From Spirochaetota bacterium (GTDB taxonomy: Bacteria > Spirochaetota > UBA4802 > UBA5550), in the NCBI GenBank assembly GCA_963664815.2, contig CAXXHB010000002.1, positions 192,001-256,000 of the forward strand: DNA of 64,000 bases. Reading direction: 5' to 3'. Numbering within the stretch: the stretch's first letter is position 1; every line of letters starts with the position of its first letter. The notes beneath the pieces were generated by a model that saw nothing but the letters and a program-made list of their open reading frames with translations, was not told the DNA's origin and searched no databases. A program made the translations under genes and the position numbers. Shown here piece by piece: positions 48,069-57,070 of the stretch.

Positions 48069-49688
48069 ATGCGTTATAGAATTAATAATAAAAAGATAGT
48101 CTCATTAATTGCATGCGCAGTTTTTTTAGTTTTTCTTTTTTCAACTACTGAATCCTTTTCAAGGGCAGGACGGGGACAGAGCTATAGTTCAAAATCTTCA
48201 AGCTCAAAATCAAGTTCCTATTCCAGAAAAAGTTCTTCAGGAAGCAGCTCCGGTTTTTTCTCCGGCAGCTCAGGTTCAAAAAACTCTTCTTCTAAAACTG
48301 TTATACCAGTTTTTATACCATCATCGGGTGGAACCGGTACTGGGGGGAATACCGCAGCAGGATCTGCATCTCCAGATACAACATCAACCCAGACTTCGGC
48401 GGGGAAAAATGACTGGATTTTCGGTCTTGTCGGCCTTGTAATAATAATCGGGATCTTTGCCCTGATTATTTACCTGATAGTAAAACTATTTAAAAAAATA
48501 TTTGGTTCCGGCGGTTCCGGAATAAAATTTGATGATACAAAGCCTACCGCTTTTGAGTTTGATCCTTCCCTGCTGCAACAGTTAAAAGGTACCGATCCGG
48601 ACTTTTCGGCTGATCTATTTATGGACAAGGCAAAAACAATCGCCGAGCGTCTTCAGAAAGCCTGGAGCGATGGCGACATGATGCCGGTAAGAAATTATGT
48701 CTCACAGGGAGTTTTCAACCGTTTCAGGCTTCAGCTTGAACTTATGGTAGAAGAAGAAAAAGTCCGCAATATACTCTCCGATTATAAAGTACTTAAAATT
48801 TCTGTATCAGATCTCAGTAATTCAAAAAGCTACCAGACTCTCCATGTAAATATCTTTGCGTGTGCAAAAGATATAACCATTACTGCAAACGCCTCAGAAG
48901 ATGAGAAGCAGAAATCTCTCGCTGGAACAAAAAAAACTGCATTCTATGAAATATACTCATTCACACGAAAACTCGGAACAAAGACAAATACCAAAAGCGA
49001 CTGGCTTAAAGGGGAATGTCCTAACTGCGGATATGTTCCGGATAATTTCAGCGAAACAAACAAGTGTGTAAGTTGTGGATCAATATATAACTCCGGAGAA
49101 TTCGATTGGGTTCTTTCTGAAATCACACAACAGGAAGAATGGCAGCCTGGTTCAGCGGATGATATTGACGGACTCAAAGAACTTGAGGGGAAAAACCTTT
49201 CAATCAACAGGGAGGTTATTGAAGATCGAGCCTCATACCTTTTCTGGAGATGGATTTACTCACGGGTGAAAGGAACATCAGCGCCTATGTCGAGAGATGC
49301 ATCGGCAGAAATGCTTGATTCACTCGGAAATGGTAAAGAACCTTTATATAACACATCTGTAGGTTCAGTAGACCTTATTTCTGTCCGGAATGAAAATGGT
49401 AACGCATATGCAGATGTCAAAATTCAATGGAGCACTGCCCGTGTTATAAATGAAGAACCTTATCACCAGGAGCACAATTTCGTATTGAAAATGCCTCTGA
49501 CACAGAAAAACCCTTATGGTCTTGCCGATCATTCATGCGAATCATGCGGAGGACCTCTCCCTGAAAGTGATACAATAAAATGCAGCTATTGCGGTAATGA
49601 ACTTCCATCAACAGTAACTGACTGGGTACTTACAGATGCCGAAGAAATAGACTGGGAATCGGAATACCCGGAGGAGAATGAATATTAA
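48069..49688 (+). CDS. TIM44-like domain protein with zinc ribbons
   Basis: Signal peptide, RAGRGQSYS Ser-rich tract, one TM helix, DPDFS..F..KA..Q.AW, and CxxC pairs CPNCG/CVSCG and CESCG/CSYCG. Confidence 0.8.
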   Translation: MRYRINNKKIVSLIACAVFLVFLFSTTESFSRAGRGQSYSSKSSSSKSSSYSRKSSSGSSSGFFSGSSGSKNSSSKTVIPVFIPSSGGTGTGGNTAAGSASPDTTSTQTSAGKNDWIFGLVGLVIIIGIFALIIYLIVKLFKKIFGSGGSGIKFDDTKPTAFEFDPSLLQQLKGTDPDFSADLFMDKAKTIAERLQKAWSDGDMMPVRNYVSQGVFNRFRLQLELMVEEEKVRNILSDYKVLKISVSDLSNSKSYQTLHVNIFACAKDITITANASEDEKQKSLAGTKKTAFYEIYSFTRKLGTKTNTKSDWLKGECPNCGYVPDNFSETNKCVSCGSIYNSGEFDWVLSEITQQEEWQPGSADDIDGLKELEGKNLSINREVIEDRASYLFWRWIYSRVKGTSAPMSRDASAEMLDSLGNGKEPLYNTSVGSVDLISVRNENGNAYADVKIQWSTARVINEEPYHQEHNFVLKMPLTQKNPYGLADHSCESCGGPLPESDTIKCSYCGNELPSTVTDWVLTDAEEIDWESEYPEENEY

Positions 49689-49718
49689 AACTTATTTTTA
49701 AAATAACTATAATCTTTG

Positions 49719-49747
49719 ATACCGACGGATTGGTAATCCGTCGGTAT
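49719..49747. terminator. perfect 13-bp hairpin after the TIM44-like gene
   Basis: ataccgacggatt-ggt-aatccgtcggtat. Confidence 0.6.
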
Positions 49748-49898
49748 ATATCTCTGATATACGTTTCTCCGTCCAGTATCTTTATTTTATCCAGTCGTAT
49801 AATTGCAATCTGAACATCAGTTACAGTGCAAAACCAATAAAATAGTTGTAAAGAAAAGGGCAAAATATATCTTTTACTTTAACAATACGGATAATCTA

Positions 49899-51755
49899 TT
49901 GAAAAAACTGAATCTCATATTAATATCAATACACATTAAAAATTCTCCACAGGCTATGCCGCTTGCTGCTGGTCTGCTTAAAGCGCAACTTGATTCAATA
50001 CCTGAAATTAATTCTAAACTTAATGTATCTTTTATGGACTTCTATACAAACACTTCGTCTGAATCTATATCCGAAAGTATATGCCATGAGATGCCCGACT
50101 TAATTGGTTTTTCAGTATACTTATGGAACAGACAGCTGACTGAAGAGGTTTGTCATCTAATAAAAAAAAGACTACCTGAAACTTTACTCTTCGCCGGAGG
50201 TGCAGAAGCCACAGCCCGTCCAGAAAATCTTCTTTTCAGTGCTCCCTTTGACTTTGTTGTTAAAGGTGAAGGAGAACTGCCTCTCACTGAAGTAATGAAA
50301 AGAATACTGAAAAATATGTTATATAATAATATACCCGGAGTCTTTATTAAAAATGAAACAAGCATTATCGCAGAAGACCAATGGCCTCTTCCGCCCCTTG
50401 ATCTTCTCCCCTCCCCTTTTATGACCGGCATTATAAATATCGAAAACTATTCAGGTATTTTATGGGAGCTCTCCCGTGGCTGTCCGTTCAAATGCAGTTT
50501 CTGTTTTGAATCACGCGGAGTTTCCGGAATAAGACAAATCTCGATGGATCGTCTTCAGAGAGAACTGGAGATATTCGAATTTAAAAAAGTAAACCAGGTA
50601 TTCGTACTCGACCCTACATTTAACCAGGATATAAAGCGCGCAAAAAAAATTCTCCGGATAATACAGAAAACAGCACCTCTGATACACTATACCTTTGAAT
50701 TAAGAACAGAATTTATCGACAATGAAATTGCCGGACTATTCGCATCACTAAACTGCAGTCTCCAGATAGGACTTCAGAGCGCCATTCCTGAAGTACTCTC
50801 TAATGTAAACAGAAACATTGATCCGGATAAATACAAAGAAAAAATTTCAATTCTTAACATGAAGGGAGCAGTTTTCGGACTCGATCTGATCTACGGCCTC
50901 CCGGGCGATACATTCGAGGGGTTTAAATATAGCCTCAATTTCGCTCTCAGCCTTCAGCCTAATCATCTTGATATCTTTCCTCTGTCAGTACTTCCGGGAA
51001 CCGTTTTATATGAAAAAGCCGATTCTTTTAATCTTAAATTTCTTCATGAATCACCATATACACTAATCTCTTCACCAGGATTTTCTGAGTCAGATATGGA
51101 TGCTGCTGATCAGTTAAAAAATTCCTGCAACATTTTTTATAATAAAGGTGGCGCTGCGGGCTGGATGTTTATGATTACTGAAACTCTTGGTTATAAACCC
51201 GTCAAACTTCTTGAAGATTTTTCTAAATATATACATCCTGGCATTACGGAAACAGGCTTAACTGAAATCTCTATAACTGAATTACAATTAACATTTATAG
51301 AGGAGCTTTTCAGAAAACATAACATTATGCATCTGTTTCCTGTTATGAAAGATATAATAAATATTCATGGCGCATTAAACCGTTCTCTCTACGCAGGCCC
51401 ATACACAGAAACAATTACCCCTTCACTTAATGACGAATCTCTTTACAAATTATCATCAGGAACAATATTTATCACTCTCAGCTATAATTTTGATGACCTT
51501 ATGGCCGTGGGGGAATTTACCCTGGAGGAATTTCTGGCTCATTATCATCCGGAAACAACATCTGTAATAATTTATAATTGCAGAGGAGTTGTTAAATCTA
51601 TAATAGTAAATAGAAACATCTACAATCTGCTTCAGAACTTTACCGGAGAACTCACATTAAATAAAATTTCAGATAAAAAATCACAAATCAGTACGGAGGA
51701 AGCACATGAATTTATAGAATATGCCATTACTGAAACAATGATTCATCTTATTTAA
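49899..51755 (+). CDS. cobalamin-binding radical SAM protein
   Basis: B12-binding region (PDLIGFSVYLWN, AGGAEAT, KGEGE) and SRGCPFKCSFC (CX3CX2C). TTG 49899 is the probable start (track ORF starts at 49803). Confidence 0.9.
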   Translation: MKKLNLILISIHIKNSPQAMPLAAGLLKAQLDSIPEINSKLNVSFMDFYTNTSSESISESICHEMPDLIGFSVYLWNRQLTEEVCHLIKKRLPETLLFAGGAEATARPENLLFSAPFDFVVKGEGELPLTEVMKRILKNMLYNNIPGVFIKNETSIIAEDQWPLPPLDLLPSPFMTGIINIENYSGILWELSRGCPFKCSFCFESRGVSGIRQISMDRLQRELEIFEFKKVNQVFVLDPTFNQDIKRAKKILRIIQKTAPLIHYTFELRTEFIDNEIAGLFASLNCSLQIGLQSAIPEVLSNVNRNIDPDKYKEKISILNMKGAVFGLDLIYGLPGDTFEGFKYSLNFALSLQPNHLDIFPLSVLPGTVLYEKADSFNLKFLHESPYTLISSPGFSESDMDAADQLKNSCNIFYNKGGAAGWMFMITETLGYKPVKLLEDFSKYIHPGITETGLTEISITELQLTFIEELFRKHNIMHLFPVMKDIINIHGALNRSLYAGPYTETITPSLNDESLYKLSSGTIFITLSYNFDDLMAVGEFTLEEFLAHYHPETTSVIIYNCRGVVKSIIVNRNIYNLLQNFTGELTLNKISDKKSQISTEEAHEFIEYAITETMIHLI

Positions 51756-51879
51756 CTGAATTTCAGTTTAAATACAACCATTCACTAATTAACTGCCATA
51801 ATCTGTTTATAAAAAACTTGACCTCAATGTAATATCTTTCTTATTAATCCATAAGAGAAAAACAGGAATAATTTATTAA

Positions 51880-53934
51880 ATGACAGAAGAAAAAATATCA
51901 CGCCTTAATTTTAATATTGATGCTGAGTCAAAAAATTCCTCAGCCCGGGCATGCACATTCACTACTCTGCACAATACTGTCCAAACACCTGTATTTATGC
52001 CTGTGGCGACACTGGCGGTTCTCCGTTCTCAGGACACTTCATCAGTTGAAGATCTGGGTTATCCGGTATTACTTGCCAACACTTATCATCTTCTTCTACG
52101 CCCTGGAACAGATGTTTTCAGTAAAATCGGCGGTATACATAAATTCATGAACTGGAAAAGATCCATTCTCACCGATTCCGGCGGATTTCAGGTTTTTTCA
52201 CTATCAAAGGATGTGAAAATCACAGAAGACGGTGCTGTATTTAAAAGCTACCATGACGGCCGAAAAATTCTTTTAAGCCCCGAATCAAGTATCAATACAC
52301 AAAAATTAATCAACAGTGATATTATGATGGCTATGGATCTATGCATACCTTCCACATCTGAAGAGTCCCTGTGTATGAAAGCCGTGGATATAACAGCAAG
52401 ATGGGCGGAGAGAAGCATAACGGTGCGGGGAGATTCTCTTCAATCAGTTTTCGGGATAGTACAGGGTGCATGCTTTTCTGAACTCCGCAAAAAAAGTGCA
52501 GGGCAGATAACATCTCTCCCATTTGACGGATTCGCTATCGGTGGTCTTGCCGTTGGAGAATCCGGTGATGAAAGAAAGGATATTACTGAATTCACCGCAT
52601 CACTTCTCCCCCGCAGCTTTCCGCGTTACCTTATGGGAGTTGGTACTCCTGTCGATATTCTCGAGGCTGTACACCGAGGTGTCGATATGTTTGACTGTAT
52701 ACTCCCCACTGCAATGGCACAGCAGGGAGTTGCCTACACTTCTCATGGAAGAATGGAACTGCGCCGAGGAGTCTATAAGTTTCAGGATCGGCCCCTTGAT
52801 GAAAACTGTTCCTGTCCGGCTTGTGCCAGGTACAGCCGGGCATATCTGCACCATCTTACAAAAACAGGGGAGTACTATGGCGGAAACCTCATAGGGATTC
52901 ACAATCTGACATTCTATCGCAATTTGATGATATCCATGCGCAGAGAGATAATCAATGGAACATTTGCATCTTTTTATTATGAATATAAAGAAAAACTGGC
53001 TATTGACGATGATGAATATCCTGTCTCTCCTCCGAAGACAAAGAAAAAAACTTTTCTTCCAAAACTCGGTGATTATGAAATTATAAAACATAGTACCGGT
53101 TTTCACAGCATACGCCATATAAAATCCGGGGAGGTAATGCATTCCGTTACAGATCCACTGACTGAAGCATATAACCTTTACATAAGCCAGTCAGATATAC
53201 ATCGCATGTTTAAAATTGTCCCTGATGAAAATATCGTTATCTGGGATGTGGGACTCGGCGCAGGAACAAATGCCATGGCGGCAATTTTTGAATTCGAAAA
53301 AATATACGCCGTCAATAATAACGAAAAAGGAGTCCGGATAATCAGCTTTGAAAAAAACCTTGATTCAATGCGCCTTGCTGCTAAAAATCCTGCACTTTTT
53401 CCGCACGTACGCCACTCCGCTCCGTCTGCACTGCTGAAAAACGGAATATGGAAATCGGATTTGTATAATATCGAATGGAATCTGGTTGAAGGAGATTTCC
53501 TCAATAATATCGAAATTACTCAAAGACCTCATTTAATTTTTTATGATCCTTTTTCTATAAACACTGATGGTCCTCTCTGGGATTATTCAGTATTCAGACG
53601 CATCTTTAATCGCTGTGCGGGGAACCCGGCAAAGCTGTTTACTTATTCAAGTTCCACTAAGGTCAGGAGTGCACTCCTGGCTGCAGGTTTCTATACAGGG
53701 ACAGGTGCGGGCACAGGACCGAAAACAGATACAACAGCGGCTTTTACTTCTCCCGACATAATAAATCCGGAAATACTACTCCTGGGTGATGACTGGCTTG
53801 AACGCTTTAGCCGCAGCAGTTCAAGATTCACCAGTGATATCTCTGATGACAGAAAGTCTGAAATCGAAAAACTGATAATAAACCATCCTCAGTTTAAAAA
53901 ATATTCAGTTAAGGATATTCATGGAAAAGAATGA
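51880..53934 (+). CDS. tgt: tRNA-guanine transglycosylase fused to an MnmC-type SAM methyltransferase domain
   Basis: TGT motifs TPVFMPV, LANTYHL, TDSGGFQV, FGIVQG, GGLAVGE, RYLMGVG, DMFDC, CSCPAC..HN. C-terminal GEVMHS, DVGLGAGTN, ISFEK, FYDPFS, TYSSSTKVRSALLAAGF. Confidence 0.92.
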   Translation: MTEEKISRLNFNIDAESKNSSARACTFTTLHNTVQTPVFMPVATLAVLRSQDTSSVEDLGYPVLLANTYHLLLRPGTDVFSKIGGIHKFMNWKRSILTDSGGFQVFSLSKDVKITEDGAVFKSYHDGRKILLSPESSINTQKLINSDIMMAMDLCIPSTSEESLCMKAVDITARWAERSITVRGDSLQSVFGIVQGACFSELRKKSAGQITSLPFDGFAIGGLAVGESGDERKDITEFTASLLPRSFPRYLMGVGTPVDILEAVHRGVDMFDCILPTAMAQQGVAYTSHGRMELRRGVYKFQDRPLDENCSCPACARYSRAYLHHLTKTGEYYGGNLIGIHNLTFYRNLMISMRREIINGTFASFYYEYKEKLAIDDDEYPVSPPKTKKKTFLPKLGDYEIIKHSTGFHSIRHIKSGEVMHSVTDPLTEAYNLYISQSDIHRMFKIVPDENIVIWDVGLGAGTNAMAAIFEFEKIYAVNNNEKGVRIISFEKNLDSMRLAAKNPALFPHVRHSAPSALLKNGIWKSDLYNIEWNLVEGDFLNNIEITQRPHLIFYDPFSINTDGPLWDYSVFRRIFNRCAGNPAKLFTYSSSTKVRSALLAAGFYTGTGAGTGPKTDTTAAFTSPDIINPEILLLGDDWLERFSRSSSRFTSDISDDRKSEIEKLIINHPQFKKYSVKDIHGKE

Positions 53935-54175
53935 AACATCAATGATGGACCCGACCGTCCTTATTGATCTTACAACAACTGAAATGCCTTTCGGCAAATA
54001 CAGGGGAGTAATACTCTGCAATCTCCCGGAACATTATATTGTATGGTATCATGAAAACGGATTCCCGAAAGGGAGGCTTGGTATGCTTCTTTCCACCTTA
54101 TATGAAATAAAACTTTATGGTCTGGAATATCTTTTAAATCCATTAAAAAAAACTAATTCCTATTATAATGATTAA
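53921..54175 (+). CDS. DUF3820-family small protein
   Basis: MPFGKYRG..LCNLPEHY..W...GFPKG.LG; AAGGA RBS; overlaps the tgt stop. Confidence 0.85.
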   Translation: MEKNETSMMDPTVLIDLTTTEMPFGKYRGVILCNLPEHYIVWYHENGFPKGRLGMLLSTLYEIKLYGLEYLLNPLKKTNSYYND

Positions 54176-54319
54176 TGAAAAAATAAATATATTTTTTTTA
54201 ATTTCTGTAAATATCAATTAATTTATATTTCCACTTCTGTTTTGATTGAAGAATAATATTGTTATAAATCTTTTGTGTTTTATCATCCTTTATAAATAAC
54301 ATTTAAATATTGACTTTTA

Positions 54320-54348
54320 TTGACTCTCTCCTGATTTAGTATTATAAT
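54320..54348 (+). promoter_or_regulatory. sigma70 promoter of the two-component system
   Basis: TTGACT-N17-TATAAT ending 11 bp before ATG 54360. Confidence 0.7.
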
Positions 54349-54359
54349 CGGTTAATATT

Positions 54360-56168
54360 ATGAATTCTGATTATTTATTCCGTGATGATTTATTTAATGT
54401 GCAATCGGGGCTGGCAACAGTTATTCTCGACGAAGATCTCTCTGTAATAAAATGCAATAATGAGTTTCTGAAAATAACAGGTCTCTCTGCCGGAAATGTC
54501 ATACAGAAACACTGGCACGATCTGATAATATATGATTATCCCTACTCTCCGCTTGAAAACGCAGTAGTTTTCAGCAATTTAAATGCAGTCCCTTCCGGAA
54601 AATTCTGGTGTTCAATCAAAGATAAAAATCCCAGGAAACTAATCTCAGCCACGATATCCTATAACCCGGTTCAAGGCTGTTACTACGCAACTTTTTATGA
54701 TATTTCAGAACAGATGGTTCCTGAAAGGATGCTGCAGGATGGCGGTCTTATAATTAACTCAATAGTTGATAACCTGAAAGATGCGGTCACATTTCATGAT
54801 AAATATGGAATCATAAAATTAGCATCAACTGAAGTCTGTAAAATGGCCGGGGTTGAAAAAAAAGATATTCTGGGGAAAAATATCCGTGAATTTTTTGACA
54901 GTGCTCTTGTAGATAAGTGGCTATACTGGATGAACAACAAACCGGATATGCTTCCGGCTTATCTTGAATTCGACAGTTTATTAAACAATGATAAAATATT
55001 TCATGTAATAGCATCCCCGAAACTTTTTTTTGATTTAAACAAAAAGGTTGTCGGCTGCCTCTTTATTTTCTCGGATGTCACCGAATTAAAAATCAATGAG
55101 CAGAAGCTCCGAATCTCTGATGAAAAATACTCCAAGGCATTTCATGCAAGTCCCGCCCCCAGCTCTATAACAACACTCGAGGAAGGTAGTTATGTCGATG
55201 TTAATGAAAGCTATACCAAGCTTGTAGGCTATACAAAAGAGGAACTTTTAGGAAGTACAACCTTAGACATCAAATTTTTTACCGATATGGAGGAAAGGGC
55301 AAGGTTCATAAATGAACTTATTAAAACCGGTAAACTCCGCAATTATGTAACGCATATGTATTCAAAAGTCAAAGGAATAAGAACAGTATCAATCGCTGCT
55401 GAAATTATTGAACTGCAGTCGAAAAAATGTATTATATGGGTCGGATACGACGTTACAGATCAGATTCAGCTTGAAAAAGAGGTACTCACAGCAGCAGGCC
55501 GCGAAAGATATAAAATAGGTCAGTATCTTCATGATGATCTTGGTCAGCATCTCGTTGGAATTGAGGCGATGTGCTCTCTCCTTTTAAAAAGACTGAAAAA
55601 TCAGAATAATTCCGAGGTTAAAATTGCCGAAGAAATACATGAATATCTGAAAGAGGCGCATGAAAAAGCCAGAGTCACCGCAAGAAATTTATGCCCGGTG
55701 AGACTCGAGGAGAATGGACTCAGCATTGCCATTACCGATCTTATTGCAAAAACTGAAAAAATATTCGGAATAACCTGCACCTTTTATAATTACAATCTGC
55801 ATATAAGAATTTACAACAGCCAGGTTGCGATCAATATGTACTATATAGTTCAGGAAGCTATGAATAATGCTGTTAAACATGGAAAAACAAAAAATATTAT
55901 TATATCTTATTCATCAAATAAGGATAATATATATTTATCTATAGAAGATGATGGTGAAGGTTTTGATCTGTCTCAGATCACCTCTCCGGGTATCGGTCTT
56001 GAACTGATGAAATACCGGGCCCGTGCCATCGGAGGTTCTCTTGAAATAACTACCTCACCGGGATCAGGAACAAAAGTTCTGCTGAAATTCCCGAGAATCA
56101 ATAATAATAAAAACGAATGGGACTGGAAGGAAAAAACATATGAAGAAATCACGAATATTTATAGTTGA
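54360..56168 (+). CDS. cytoplasmic multi-PAS histidine kinase (HisKA_3)
   Basis: Three PAS-like segments, ERYKIGQYLHDDLGQHL, QEAMNNAVKHG, DDGEGF, GIGL. No TM segment seen. Confidence 0.92.
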   Translation: MNSDYLFRDDLFNVQSGLATVILDEDLSVIKCNNEFLKITGLSAGNVIQKHWHDLIIYDYPYSPLENAVVFSNLNAVPSGKFWCSIKDKNPRKLISATISYNPVQGCYYATFYDISEQMVPERMLQDGGLIINSIVDNLKDAVTFHDKYGIIKLASTEVCKMAGVEKKDILGKNIREFFDSALVDKWLYWMNNKPDMLPAYLEFDSLLNNDKIFHVIASPKLFFDLNKKVVGCLFIFSDVTELKINEQKLRISDEKYSKAFHASPAPSSITTLEEGSYVDVNESYTKLVGYTKEELLGSTTLDIKFFTDMEERARFINELIKTGKLRNYVTHMYSKVKGIRTVSIAAEIIELQSKKCIIWVGYDVTDQIQLEKEVLTAAGRERYKIGQYLHDDLGQHLVGIEAMCSLLLKRLKNQNNSEVKIAEEIHEYLKEAHEKARVTARNLCPVRLEENGLSIAITDLIAKTEKIFGITCTFYNYNLHIRIYNSQVAINMYYIVQEAMNNAVKHGKTKNIIISYSSNKDNIYLSIEDDGEGFDLSQITSPGIGLELMKYRARAIGGSLEITTSPGSGTKVLLKFPRINNNKNEWDWKEKTYEEITNIYS

Positions 56169-56808
56169 TGACCATCCTATTTTCAGAAAAGGTCTTATAC
56201 AGCTTATAAACGAAGAAACAGATATGGAGGTTTGCGGCGAAGCGGAAGATGTCTTCTCGGCAACTCACAAAGTACGGCAATTAAAGCCAGATCTCGTAAT
56301 TGTAGATATTACACTAAAGGATACCAGCGGTCTGGAACTTATAAAATTTATTCAGGATAATAATCTGAATATTCCTTCACTTGTTCTTTCAATGCATGAC
56401 GAAAAAGTATATGCTGAAAGAGCCCTGGTATCAGGAGCCAAAGGTTATATAATGAAACAGGAGATGTCAGGACAGGTCACCACTGCCGTCAGGCAGATCC
56501 TTTCCGGGAAAATATATATAAGTGAAAATATGAATGACCGTCTCCTTAATACTTTCTTATCTAAAGGGGGAGAGGCAGGTAAAAAAACTTATGACGATGA
56601 TCCGGCATCCATTCTTACAGGACGGGAACTTGAGATTTTCAGACTTATCGGCAAAGGTTATACCAGAAAAGATATCTCTGAATCTTTAAATCTGAATGTA
56701 AATACAATAGGAACATACAGAGAGAGAATAAAAGAGAAGATGAGTATAACATCATCAAATGAACTTCTCTCCTGTGCAATTAAATGGGTACAAAAGACAG
56801 AAGAATAA
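56140..56808 (+). CDS. NarL/FixJ-family response regulator
   Basis: Motifs IVDDHP, VIVDI, LSMH, GYIMK; LuxR HTH LTGRELEIF. Confidence 0.94.
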   Translation: MKKSRIFIVDDHPIFRKGLIQLINEETDMEVCGEAEDVFSATHKVRQLKPDLVIVDITLKDTSGLELIKFIQDNNLNIPSLVLSMHDEKVYAERALVSGAKGYIMKQEMSGQVTTAVRQILSGKIYISENMNDRLLNTFLSKGGEAGKKTYDDDPASILTGRELEIFRLIGKGYTRKDISESLNLNVNTIGTYRERIKEKMSITSSNELLSCAIKWVQKTEE

Positions 56809-56891
56809 GGGTTCCGGCAGCATTTACCTGCTGATATTTATCTTCTGTTTAAATTTAAAGTTTATTTTTAAATTCCGGCTAAACCCCCTCA

Positions 56892-56969
56892 CCACAAAAA
56901 AATAATTAATACGACCACAAGTCAGTGTCCATGACGGCTATTGCATTAATTTCTGCGATCAGTTATCTC
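56892..56969 (+). promoter_or_regulatory. conserved operator/promoter upstream of thiolase (copy 1)
   Basis: ccacaaaaaaataattaatacgaccacaa is identical to 59652-59680 and is followed by ctattgcatt and gttat at the same offsets. Confidence 0.75.
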
Positions 56970-57070
56970 ATTATTATGATTTTTAAATTATTAAAAGACC
57001 ATTTGTCAATATTCATCTGTTTCGAAGACAAATGATAAAAGTTTTGAATAATTAATAATGGAGGCTGTTT

